Source: Octopus sinensis (lineage: Eukaryota). From it: a DNA stretch of 64,000 bases. The translations under genes and the position numbers were made by a program. The stretch covers positions 4,464,001 through 4,528,000 of the forward strand of contig NC_043022.1 in NCBI RefSeq assembly GCF_006345805.1, in the 5' to 3' direction. Within the stretch, counting starts at the first letter, position 1; every line of letters starts with the position of its first letter. Under the pieces are notes generated by a model. It ran no database searches. It saw nothing but the letters and a program-made list of their open reading frames with translations, and was not told the origin of the DNA. Below, in pieces: positions 1 to 12,640 of this stretch.

Positions 1-119
1 CTCTTCAGCAAACAGAGAATGGAAAGGCGGATGCAGAGAACTGAGATGAGAGACAGGTCCCTCTTATGACGCTCCTGTCATTGTTCAATGACTGGTAGTG
101 CTATTAAGTGGCTAGACGT

Positions 120-288
120 ATATAAAATGTGCATGTATATATATATATATATGTGTATATATATATATGTGCATATATATATATATATATATATGTATGT
201 GTATATGTATATATATATTATATATTATATATATACATATGTGAGCGTATATATATATATATATAATATATATATGTATGTGTATATG

Positions 289-319
<31 letters not shown>

Positions 320-442
320 CATATGTGAGCGTATATATATATTATATATATATTATATATATATATATGTATCTATATATATATATTATATACGTATGTG
401 AGCGTATATATATATATGTATGTATCTATCTATCTATATATG

Positions 443-474
<32 letters not shown>

Positions 475-533
475 ATATATATACGTATGTATGTATCTAT
501 ATGTGAGTGTATATATATGTATGTATCTATATA

Positions 534-609
<76 letters not shown>

Positions 610-740
610 GTGTATATATATATGTATGTGTATATGTATATATATATATATATATATGTATGCATCTATGTATGTGTGTGTGTGTGTGTATATATATATA
701 TGCATGTGTGTGTACATATACACACACACACATATATATG
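120..740. repeat. Compound (TA)n/(TG)n microsatellite
   Basis: Direct inspection; many further (TA)n, (CA)n, (GA)n and (TAA)n tracts occur throughout the window. Confidence 0.95.
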
Positions 741-1747
741 CCAAGTTTGTCTTTGATAACAGAGAAACCAGGCAAGACTAAACTTGTGAAGATTTCCAAT
801 TACCTCATTCTTGCCAAATGGACTGATAACACAAAAAGGGTAAAACAAACAAAACAAAACAAAACCAACGTGGAAACATTATTACATCATGAGACGAGAT
901 TGTGGGAGCAAGGTGCTTTCCTGCAGGAATCCTTACTGTGTCTTTGGTGAGTCAAGATAGCAACGGGGGGTGGGGGTGGGGGTGAATGAATCAATTCTTT
1001 ATTTTATTTACAATAAATCAGGAAAATTAAACGGAAATATTGCATCAGATGATCTCACCTCTTGTTACCCAAAATGTGGAAATGCATCGTAAATCCATGT
1101 TTTTAACAGGAAAGCTACAAAAAGGGAAAAAACCGAAAATTGTTTCCATAAATTTTCTTTTTCCGAAAAACTCATCTATTTATCATTGTGTCGGAAAATT
1201 TCCCATCTTTCCATTCCACAGTTCTGTTCGCTTATCGTGTTCTGAAGCCATTGAACTGAAATATTGAATCCTTCCCTCCCTGACAGATCAACTGATAAAC
1301 AGATTCTCATATAAATAATACTTACTTACATAAGATCCACCAACTCTACACAAGCATCACTGTCACCACCACCACCACCCACAGCGCCAATGCAGACTCC
1401 ATTGCTGTTCCAGTTAGTGAGCAAGCCTCTATAGACAAGCATTCGACAAGCTGGAAATAACAGCAACATCTCTTTCAAATTACATACAACCATCTTAAAT
1501 AAAACTGCATTAGGCATGTTCTTAATAAACAAAATGACAGGATGGACATGGCTGGAACGTCTTTGACCACAGCTGTACAACATCAAGGCTGGTCGAGTAT
1601 GTTTTATATCTTTCATGCCAATTTAAAAAAATCCCTTGGATAGAATGAAAACGGATCTGCTGTGATGCAGACAGAGTTACCATTTCACCAGAGTGGTTCC
1701 TGGTTTTCATCCGTCTAAATTAGATGCTTTAATCTTATAAATACACA

Positions 1748-2192
1748 TACTCTTTTACTTCTTTCAGTCATTTGACTGTGGCCATGCTGGAGCATCGCCT
1801 TTTAGTCGAGCAAATCGCCCCCAGGACTTATTCTTTGTAAGCCTAGTACTTATTCTATCAGTCTCTTTTGCCGAACCGCTAAGTGACGGGGACATAAACA
1901 TACCAGCATCGGTTGTCAAGCAATGCTAGGGGGACAAACACAGACACACAAACATACACGCACACACACACATGTATATGTATATATATATATATATATT
2001 ATAATATATTATATATATATATAATATACGATAAGCTTCTTTCAGTTTCTCTCTACCAAATCCACTCACAAGGCATTGGTCGGCCCAAGGCTATAGTAGA
2101 AGACACTTGCCCAAGGTGCCATGCAGTGGGACTGAACCCAGAACCATGTGGTTGGTAAACAAGCTACTTACCACACAGCCACTCCTACGCCT
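1748..2192 (-). mobile_element. tRNA-derived SINE family S1 (bipartite with internal (TA)/(TG) microsatellite), full length
   Basis: Head aggcgtaggagtggctgtgtggtaag with B-box ggttctgggttcagtccc; tail gactgaaa...agtaaaagagt. Matches the many copies in the window. Confidence 0.9.
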
Positions 2193-2555
2193 ATAGACGC
2201 ATTGAGAAATATGTAATCTTTAACAAGTGTAAAAACTTTATGACTTTATTGTCCAATGCAGAATGATGTTACCGCAAGCTAGAGACCTGTTCAGGCATTA
2301 ACTGGTAACATAAGGGCTATATTAAAAAAAAATAATAATTTTTTTAGCTAACACTGTTTATAGACAAATGAAAGTGTCATCCGTCACATGACAGGAAATA
2401 CAATAATCCCTCAACTATTGTGGGTGTTACATTCCAAAACCTCTCACAGAAATAATTAAAATCTAAAAAAAAAAATTAATTATACCATATGTTACATAAA
2501 TACCTATCAGCTGCAGAAACTGTGATACACTGAGGAGTCCGCTATATAAATTTAC

Positions 2556-3420
2556 AGGCACAGGAGTGGCTGTGTGGTAAGTAGCTTGCTAACCAACCAC
2601 ATGATTCTGGGTTCAGTCCCACTGCGTGGCACCTTGGGTAAGTGTCTTCTACTATAGCCTCGGGCCGACCAAAGCCTTGTGAGTGGATTTGAAAGAAGCC
2701 CGTCGTATATATGTATATATATGAGTGTGTGTTTGTGTGTCTGTGCTTGACAACAGATGCTGGTATGTTTACGTCACCGTAACTTAGCGGTTCAGCAAAA
2801 GAGACCAATAGAATAAGTACAAGGCTTACAAAGAATAAGACAGAAACTGAAAGAAGCCTGTCGTATATATGTATATATATGAGTGTGTGTTTGTGTGTCT
2901 GTGCTTGACAACAGATGCTGGTATGTTTACGTCACCGTAACTTAGCGGTTCAGCAAAAGAGACCAATAGAATAAGTACAAGGCTTACAAAGAATAAGACA
3001 GAAACTGAAAGAAGCCTGTCATATATATGTATATATATGAGTGTGTGTTTGTGTGTCTGTGCTTGACAACAGATGCTGGTATGTTTACGTCACCGTAACT
3101 TAGCGGTTCGGCAAAAGAGACCAATAGAATAAGTACAAGGCTTACAAAGAATAAGACAGAAACTGAAAGAAGCCTGTCGTATATATGTATATATATATAT
3201 ATATGCGTGTGTGTGTTTGTGTGTCTGTGTTTGTCCCCCTAGCATTGCTTGACAACCGATACTGGTGTGTTTACGTCCCTGTCACTTAGCAGTTCAGCAA
3301 AAGAGACCGATAGAATAAGTACTGGGCTTACAAAGAATAAGTCCTGGGGGCCGATTTGCTCGACTAAAGGCGGTGCTCCAGCATGGCCGCAGTCAAATGA
3401 CTGAAACAAGTAAAAGAGTA
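2556..3420 (+). mobile_element. SINE S1 with a triplicated 158-bp internal segment
   Basis: S1 head at 2556 and tail at 3420. The anchor gaaagaagcc recurs at 2691, 2849, 3007 and 3165. Confidence 0.9.
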
Positions 3421-5169
3421 TATATTAGCCAGAAAAATCTGTGATGTACTGAGTACGCAACAGGTGAACCGCAATATGGCAAGAGGTTACTGTATCATGA
3501 AGAGATTTTACCACTCTGGCTAATATCAGGTAACATTAGATAAGTTCAATAATTATTCTCTTACATTCTTTCTTCTCCAAATTCCATGGTGCTTATATAT
3601 ACAGAAAAATGTAACAGCATCATCATAGCCATTGTTTTAAGCTATTTTTCCATGTTTGCATGGGTCAGACTGAATTCAATGCGACAGATTTTCTGGTCGG
3701 GTGCCCTTCCTGTCACCAATCCTCACCCGTTTCCAAGTAAGGCATTATTGCCCCGACTCCTTCAAACATGAATAACTCAATGGTTGAACATGTTTTCATG
3801 GCAGATTGTAAACCAGAGTTTTGAAAGACTTTTCAGTCAGACCAGAGTTGGTGCTTATTTCATCAATACTGGCGATGCATTAAGGACAAACAATGACCAC
3901 AGATGACCCCAGAATACGACCATCAACATGAACACTCAACCTGTTAGAAATAGTAACCACAATTTCCCTCAAACTACACTCTATCACAGTTTTCAAAACT
4001 CTTCACATCAACGAGAGACACACATTTTTAAAAATATAAAATAAAATTGTGACACAGTAAGTTATTCTAAGGGACTCAAAATCAAAATTAGTAAACCGTC
4101 ATCATTTAACGTCTGTTTTCCATGCTGGCATGGGTTGGACGGTTTGACAGGAGCAAGTAAGCTAGAGTAAGCAAGTAAGTCAGGCTCTAAATGTCCGTTT
4201 TGGCACAGCTTCTTTACAGAGTCTACTGGGTGCTATTTATGAGATGCCACCACTGGAACATTTTATAACACCAACACCAACATGGTTGCCAAGCAACTTA
4301 CAAGACAAAGAACTCTGGGCTGGGAGAGGGAGTGGCACTGGTTGAGAGGTTGAAGAATAAATAGAGGGGCCAGAAATCAGTGTCTTACTACAGAGGAAAT
4401 ACTTTACTACCCCAGTAGGTATAGAGGGTCGATGGACAATTCGTCGACAGAATTGGCCGACAGACATCTTACAGATTCACTCCCTTCCCTGATCTTGCTG
4501 GCCTTGGGCTAAAATGTTGAATCATCACATTCATTATCATTAAAGCGATGGATTGGTCAAATCATTAAAGTATTATCCAATCAGCCAATTGGACAATCGG
4601 CAAACTGTCCAATCGGACAATTGTCTGCACACAGGTATAGAGAAGCGAGGGAGGAGAGACAGAGTTATAAAAAAAAGATAGGGAGAAGGACAGAGTGACA
4701 GAAAGAGAGAAAGAAGGAAATAGATAGTGGTGGAGATATATTGGGACACACCCACCCACACAGTACAGTGAGGAGTGGTGAATATAAGTGGCACAGAGGG
4801 AATTAGTAATTAAATTAGTTTAAATGTAATATCCTGTCAGCATTAGTCACACATCAACACTGTACACAGAGTTGCCAGATTTCAAATATCTTGATCTTTT
4901 ACTTGGGCTGTGGCCATGCTGGAGCACTGCCTAGAAACATTTTAGTCAAATGAATTGATCCCCACCTCAGTACTTTGTGTTTCTTTTAGACCTGGTATTT
5001 ATTCTATTGGTTTCTTTTGCTGAGCCACTAAGTTACAGAGACAGAAGCACACCAAACACCAGTTGTCAAACACATATATATATATATATATATATATAGG
5101 TGGACATTAAACGATGGTGATATATATATACACATACACACACATTATATATAGGTGGACGTCAAACGA

Positions 5170-5251
<82 letters not shown>

Positions 5252-5271
5252 ATATATATATGTATGTATAT

Positions 5272-5473
5272 AAAGTTAATCCAAACATGAAAGCACAAAA
5301 AAAACACAATGCGAGGACGTGGAACAAAGATAGTATTATTGGACGCTCAGGAAGGAAGGGAAGAAGGGTTTTACGTTTCGAGCGGAGCTCTTCGTCGGAA
5401 ACACAGGAGAAGGAAAGATCCAGAGAAGGGAAGACAGAAGAAAAAAAAATCGCCAACGGTGTACACGTGGTCA
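5272..5473 (-). mobile_element. About 200-bp (TA)n-embedded element, probable Penelope-like terminal remnant, family H1
   Basis: Near-identical reverse-complement copy at 62319-62526; contains a hammerhead-like motif. Confidence 0.6.
5368..5402 (-). ncRNA. Minimal hammerhead-ribozyme-like motif (variant core)
   Basis: GUUU-CCGACGA-A-GAGC(UCC)GCUC-GAAAC-GUA-AAAC. Confidence 0.5.
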
Positions 5474-5499
5474 TACATATATATGTATGTGTGTGTGTG

Positions 5500-5555
<56 letters not shown>

Positions 5556-5836
5556 AACACATTACATATAGGTGGAAACAAATAAAAGAATAAAAGAAAT
5601 GTGTGTGTGTCTGTGTGTGTTTGTCTCTCCCCCATCCCATATCACTTGACAACAATGTGGGTTTAGGTCCCTGCAGCTTAGAAATTTGGCAAAAAAGACC
5701 TATAAAATTAAGTACAGGGTGGAGGGGGTTTATATAAAAAAAATAGTGCTGGGATCAATTTGCTCAACTAAAACCTTACAAAGCAGTATCCCAGCATGGT
5801 TGCAGTCAAATATATATATATATATACATAATGCAG

Positions 5837-5941
5837 CAGTGTCTTCTGCTATAGCCCCGGGCCGACCAATGCCTTGTGAGTAGATTTGGTAGATGGAAAC
5901 TGAAAGAAGCCCGTCATATATATGTATATATATATATATAT

Positions 5942-5982
<41 letters not shown>

Positions 5983-6017
5983 TATATATATATACATATA
6001 TACGACGGGCTTCTTTC

Positions 6018-6069
<52 letters not shown>

Positions 6070-6102
6070 GATATATATATATACATATATACGACGGGCT
6101 TC

Positions 6103-6171
<69 letters not shown>

Positions 6172-6420
6172 ATAGATATATATATATATATGTATGCATG
6201 TGTGTATGTGTTTGTGTGTCTGTGTTTGTCCCCCTAGCATTGCTTGACAACCGATGCTGGTGTGTTTACGTCCCCGTCACTTAGCGGTTCAGCAAAAGAG
6301 ACCGATAGAATAAGTACTGGGCTTACAAAGAATAAGTCCCAGGGTCGATTTGCTCGACTAAAGGCAGTGCTCCAGCATGGCCGCAGTCAAAATGACTGAA
6401 ACAAGAGTAAGAGAAAAGAG
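5837..6420 (+). mobile_element. SINE S1, 5'-truncated, with expanded and rearranged internal (TA)n
   Basis: S1 body and tail sequence; inverted internal fragments at 6004-6017 and 6093-6106. Confidence 0.85.
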
Positions 6421-6699
6421 TATATATATAAGCAGACAAAATAGGAGAAATGAGGAGAGAGAAGATTAAAGGGAGGTTTTGAAGGGGACAGATGCAGATC
6501 AGAAATCAACAGAAAGGAAGGAGGGGGAAAGGGAGGATGAGGAAGGAATGGGGAGCAGGGGGAGAAGTAGATGGTACTGAAAGATAAGGTTGACTTCCAG
6601 AGCAAGACATCAGCTCAGATATGACAAGTGTTGTGTGATAAACACCCTATTTATAGTCGCTGCGTGTGGGTACGTGCCAGTTGCATATGAAGGGAACTT

Positions 6700-6732
<33 letters not shown>

Positions 6733-7090
6733 GTAGTGTTCACTTCATACCACAACTTTCTCTCAAAGAGAGAAATGTGTGAGGGGAGGGGGGGAAATAC
6801 ATTTTAACCTTCTTCTTCTTTTTCTAATGCTCTTTGCCTCATTAGTAGCAAATTGCGTCTAGAAGTTCACAGCATCCAAGATACTGCACGTAAACTTTTA
6901 CAAAAACATACATCAGAGGCAGAGTTTTGAAGACAGCTGCACTCCGAAGTCCCATACTTCATAGAAAAGTAAAGGGTGCAGAACTGGGGATGGGGTAAGT
7001 AGAAAAAAAAAAGAAAAAAAATAGAATTTTGGTGTGAGTGTGGGGGTCTTTTTCAGAATTGAAATTTCTTCTGTCTGAAACAGAAATACT

Positions 7091-7317
7091 TTAACCCTTT
7101 AGTGTTCAGATTATTCTATCAAACATAATGCCTATTGATTCCCATTGATTTGAATTAATCATGCATTTTCTCATATCTTCAAGATCTTGATGATGTAATT
7201 ACTTAATGTAGAATAACATTGTAGGGTAGGTGTGAGAGCCTGGATCTAGTCAGTTTGAACATAAAACAGATTAATTATTTTGGCCGGATATGGCTGGTTT
7301 AAATACTAAAGGGTTAA
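7091..7317. mobile_element. piggyBac-type MITE (TTAA-CCCTT...AAGGG-TTAA)
   Basis: Terminal inverted repeats with TTAA at both ends; same family as 43758-43986. Confidence 0.75.
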
Positions 7318-7897
7318 AGAAACAAAGCAAAAATAATAAAACATGGGACTATCCCCTCTTTTTTCCTGAGACTTAGAAGGGCAGCTAGGTTCCACCAACC
7401 ACGTGGATGCTGTTGACAATATTTGGGCTAAAACATGTCTTTGTAATTTTTGGTACAAGACCATCAAGTTTGAAGGGAGAACTAAATCAATTACATTGAC
7501 CCCAGTACATAACTTGTACTACTTTATCGACCCTGAAAGGGATGAAAGGCAAAGTTGACCTTGGGGTGAATTTGAACTCAGAAAATAAAGCTGGAAGAGA
7601 TGATGGTTACCATTTTGGTCTGACATGCTAACGATTCTCACAACTTGCCACCTTAATTACTAATGAAATTAATGGCTTCAAGTTTTGGCACAAGGCCGGC
7701 AGTTTTTTTTGGGGGGGGGGGGGGCGATTACATTGACACCAGTAGTTAACTGGTACTTATTTTATCAACCTCAGTGGCATTTGAACGCAGGACTTAAAGA
7801 TGGATAAAATGCCATTAAGCATTTTGTTCCACATACTAACGATTCTGCCAGCTCACCACCTTAACAATAACAATAACAATAACAATAATAATAATAA

Positions 7898-8262
7898 TAA
7901 GAGCACTCAGAGAGCACAAACCTCCACCCAGGCAACATCAATGTCCTCTCAACAATTAGTCAGGGATGATTTTTAAAATGAGAATATCTAAAATAAACTC
8001 AACTGCTCTCACAAACACAAGAATAGTAAAGATGAACCCGAACTGCTCTCAAAGATTAAGCAAAAGAAAACAGGAAAAATAATCCAGAATCCTTGTCTGG
8101 TACCAGATTGATCCCATAATCTAATCAGTTTGTGCCAGTCACAAGGTCAAACATCCCTGGAAGTTTCATCCGAATCCATCCAGCGGTTCTTGAGATATCT
8201 TGTCCACGGACAAACAAACACAATTGTAAACAATATCTCCACCTTAGCAAAGGCAGAGATGA
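7898..8262 (+). mobile_element. Helentron/HINE-like non-autonomous element
   Basis: Subterminal ctccacc motifs at both ends and a 3' hairpin ctccaccttagcaaaggcagag, within TAA repeats. Confidence 0.4.
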
Positions 8263-9004
8263 TAATAATAATAATAATAACAATTCTTTCTATTATAGGT
8301 ACAAGGCCTGAAATTTTAGGAGAGGGGACTAGTCGATTACTTCAACCCCAGTGTTTCACTGGTACTTAATTTATCAACCCTGAAAGGATAAAAGGCAAAG
8401 TTGACCTTAGTGGAATTTGAACTCAGAATGTAAAGATCGAGGTGCTGCTAAGCATTCCGACCGGTGTGCTAACGATTCTGCCAGCTCGCTACCTTTTCCA
8501 CTCACCAGATCCAATATCTCACACAGACGTAGTTTTCCATGCTAATTGCAAAAAAAGACCATAACCATTTTTAGGAGACATAAATAAAAAAAAACAAAAA
8601 AAATTAAACAAAGCCGTTATGGACCATTGAAGATTCCAATTGGTTGTGATTTCAGCCAATCAAACGCAGCCATTTTCAACACACTGACAGTCGATTATGA
8701 ATGGCCAAGTGGAGAATTTGAGAAGCTGTCTGTGGGAAAATATGAGCGTCATCACAGAGGATGGAATGAGATGTGGAGGGGAGGGATGGAGGGTGTTGTA
8801 AATTAGCATGAGAAACTACATCTGGGTAGAAATTTTCAAAGAAATCGAATCCAAGATTATTCTTTTTTCCAGTTTTTCCAAAATAATTATGATTTTGTGC
8901 TTGTTTCATTTAGGTGTTGGAACATTATTATTGTGGACTGTCCTTGTGATGTCCCCTTCATTTATGCCGCTGTGGCACAAAGAAATCTTACTATTATTAT
9001 TATT

Positions 9005-9415
9005 ATACTCTTTTACTCTTTTAGTTGTTTCAGTCATTTGACTGCGGCCATGCTGGAGCATCGCCTTTAATCGAGCAACTCGACCCCGGGATTTATTCTT
9101 TTGTAAGCCCAGTACTTATTCTATCGGTCTCTTTTGCTGAACCGCTAAGTGACGGGGGACATAAACACACCAGCTTCGGTTGTCAAGCAATGCTAGGGGG
9201 GCAAACACAGACACAAAAACACACACACATACATATATATATACATATATACGACAGGTTTCTTTCAGTTTCCGTCTACCAAATCTACTCACAAGGCATT
9301 GGTCGGCCCGGGGCTATAGCAGAAAACACTTGCCCAAGATGCCATGCAGTGGAACTGAACCCGGAACCATGTGGTTGGTTAGCAAGCTACTTACCACACA
9401 GCCACTCCTGCACCT
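9005..9415 (-). mobile_element. SINE S1, full length
   Basis: Reverse complement of the S1 head, body and tail. Confidence 0.9.
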
Positions 9416-9593
9416 ATTATTATTATTATTATAAAAGAAATCATCACCATCATCGTTAAGGCGGTGAGCTGGCAGATTCATTAGCACACCAGGCAAAATG
9501 CTTAGCGGTATTTTGCTCTTCACTATGCTCTGAGTTCAAACTCTACCAAGGCCGACCTTGCTTTCAGGGTCAATAAATTAAGTCCCAGTGTGT

Positions 9594-9820
9594 TGTGGTG
9601 AGAGTCAATGACACTCCTGTGGGGATTGACTTCCGTTGGAAGTTAATATTATTTCATATCCTGCCCCAGATTGGTAGAGGTTTAAATAACTGTGTTCACA
9701 TGGCATACTTCGGAAGACTAACAAAACACACTCTGCAACTATTACTGACTCCTACTCTTTATAAGAGTTCGGCGAGTCCATTCTTCCAATCCACCAGGGG
9801 TGTCAATGACTCTTGCCACA
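9594..9820. mobile_element. TIR element inserted into an S3 SINE
   Basis: tgtggtgagagtcaatgacac and gtgtcaatgactcttgccaca are inverted ends; S3 sequence resumes after 9820. Confidence 0.55.
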
Positions 9821-10067
9821 CCGGGGTTGATGTAATCAATTAGTCACCTCTCTCAAAATTTCCGGCCTTGTGCCTTCAGTAGAAAGGATTATTAGCTACC
9901 TTGGAAGTTAGACAGTGGTCTTTTTTATGCAATTTACAAGAATTCTCGTGGACTAAGGGTGATTTCAACTGACAAGAATCATTTCAAGAAAATGGAAAAA
10001 CGAAATGGTGGGCAGAGTTTAAATCATATATATATTCATGTTTTCATGATAAAGTAATCACACACAC

Positions 10068-10099
<32 letters not shown>

Positions 10100-10103
<4 letters not shown>

Positions 10104-10324
10104 CTTTACTACCCACAAGGGGCTAAACACAGAGGGGACAAACAAGGACAGACAAAGGGATTAAGTCGATTACATCGACCCCAGTGTTTGGCTGGTACTT
10201 ATTTTATCGACCCCGAAAGGATGAAAGGCAAAGTCGACCTCGGCGGAATTTGAACTCGGAACGCAACGACAGACGAAATACGGCTACAAATTTCGCCCGG
10301 CGTGCTAACGTTTCTACCAGCTCG

Positions 10325-10328
<4 letters not shown>
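10100..10328 (-). mobile_element. tRNA-derived SINE family S3
   Basis: Minus strand ggcgagctggtagaaacgttagcacg...gagttcaaattccgcc...aaagaaata. Older copies at about 7470-7640, 7735-7862, 8281-8495 and 9459-9890. Confidence 0.85.
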
Positions 10329-10363
<35 letters not shown>

Positions 10364-11165
10364 TGCACACACACATACACAAGCGCATGATGATCCACAA
10401 ACACACACGCATAGACACACTTTGTGCTTTTGCCATTACAGAGGCCACAGAGTCTTGGAAAGTAGCAAAAGATTTGCCAAAGTAAGGCAGCAAGCAAAAA
10501 CGATAACAGAAAAAAAAAAATGCTGATAAACAAACTGCTCACACTGTGTGGGCCAGTGATAAGTAGAAGCGATAAGTAGAGAGATGATGATGATGATGAT
10601 GAGGTGATGGGTGGGCAACAGAAGAGGCGGAGTGGGAGGAAGGGGAGGAAAGAGAAAAGAATGTTGCCACCAAGGAACCAAACATGGGTTGGGCCAGTGG
10701 GTGTAGAGAGATATTATTAATATATTGGGTTTATTTGGACCATGCCCAGCTGAGCAAAGGTTTCTCATTGTTTTAACGAAGGAAGAGTGGTAGTAGTGGC
10801 TAGCAGTTTTTGTTTGTTTTTTTTCTCCCCCCTTTTTTTTTAATTACAAAACAGGCAATTAAGCAGAGCATATTATCTTAGCAGTTAAAAGTCACTTCCT
10901 GATTAAGCTATCATGCCATTTTAAAATCTGGGTCTTTTTTTTTTTTTTCTTTCTATCTATCTATCAATTTCCTCCTGTTTTTATGATATTCTAAGTCTAC
11001 AACAGCCCATCCCCTGCTGCCCCCCCCCCCCCCGGGTGTATTATCAGCAACATCTTTACTGCCAAAGCAGACTTCCTCTGTGATCAACTTGGCTGTAAGG
11101 AACTCAGGAGTGAAAATAGACAAAAAGAACAAAAACAAAAAAAAAAAACACAACAAACACTACAT

Positions 11166-11346
11166 AGGCGCAGGAGTGGCTGTGTGGTAAGTAGCTTGCT
11201 AACCAACCACAAGGTTCCGGGTTCAGTCCCACTGCGTGGCATCTTGGGCAAGTGTCTTCTGCTCTTCTGCTATAGCCCCGGGCTGACCAATGCCTTGTGA
11301 GTGGATTTGGTAGACGGAAACTGAAAGAAGCCTGTTGTGTGTGTAT

Positions 11347-11394
<48 letters not shown>

Positions 11395-11618
11395 AGTGTG
11401 TTTGTGTGTCTGTGTTTGTCCCTTTAGTATTGCTTGACAACCGATGCTGGTGTGTTTATGTCCCCATCACTTAGCAGTTCGGCAAAAGAGACCGATAGAA
11501 TAAGTACTGGGCTTACAAAGAATAAGTCCCGGGGTCGATTTGCTCGACTAAAGGCAGTGCTCCAGCATGGCCGCAGTCAAATGACTGAAACAGATAAAAG
11601 AGTAAAAGAGTAAGAGTA
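11166..11618 (+). mobile_element. SINE S1, full length
   Basis: aggcgcaggagtggctgtgtggtaag head through the aaaagagt tail. Confidence 0.9.
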
Positions 11619-11843
11619 AACATTAGCAGCCCTAACTATAATGGCTACCGTTTATTAGGCAATCATCATCATCATCATCATCATTTACTGTCCATTTTCC
11701 TTGCTGGCATGGGTTGGACGGTTTGTCAGGAACTGGAAAGACCAGCAGGGCCCATTGTCTGCTTTGGTAGGAAACTAAAAACCAATAGACAGAAAAACAC
11801 CATTCGAAAGAAATATGAACATGAAGAACATTCCCTCATACAT

Positions 11844-12391
11844 AGGCGTAGGAGTGGCTGTGTGGTAAGTAGCTTGCTTACGAACCACATGGTTTCAGGT
11901 TCAGTCCCACTGCGTGGCACCTTGGGCAAGTGTCTTCTACTATAACCTCGGGCCAACCAAAGCCTTGTGAGTGGATTTGGTAGACGGAAACTGAAAGAAG
12001 CCCGTCGTATATGTGTGTGTGTGTGTGTGTTTGTGCGTCTGTGTTTGTTCCCCCAACATTGCTTGACAACCGATGCAAAAGAGACTGATAGAATAAGTAC
12101 TACATTTACAAAGTATAAGTTCTGGGGTCAATTTGCTTGACTAAAGGCGGTGCTCCAGCATGGCCACAGTCAAATGACTGAAACAAAGTAAAAGTAAAAG
12201 AGTATACATTTATGCATATACACATGGCTGTGTGGTAAGAAGCTTGATTTTCAACCACATGGTTCTGGGTTCAGTCCCACTGCATGGCACATTGGGCAAG
12301 AGTCTTCTACTATAGCTTTGGGCTGACCAAAGATTTGTGAGTGGATTTGGTAGACAGAAGCTGAAAGAAGCTCATCATATGTATGTATGTA

Positions 12392-12440
<49 letters not shown>

Positions 12441-12640
12441 TTTTGTGTTTGTACTTGACCCCCTCCATCGCTGGACAAACAATGTTGGTATGTTTACTTC
12501 CCCTTAACTTAGCATTTCAACAAAAGAGACCGATAGAATAAGTGCTAGTCTTGCAAAAAATAGATCCTGTGGTCAATTTGTTCGACTTAAGGTGGCACTC
12601 CAGCATGGCCAAAGTCAAATGACTGAAACAAGTAAAAGAA
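11844..12640 (+). mobile_element. Two consecutive SINE S1 copies (11844-12203 and an older one at 12225-12640)
   Basis: Two heads and two gactgaaacaa-type tails. Confidence 0.85.

Noticed and set aside
88-950. YIYI/CVCV-type ORFs here and throughout the track
   Set aside because: Microsatellite translations with no coding features.
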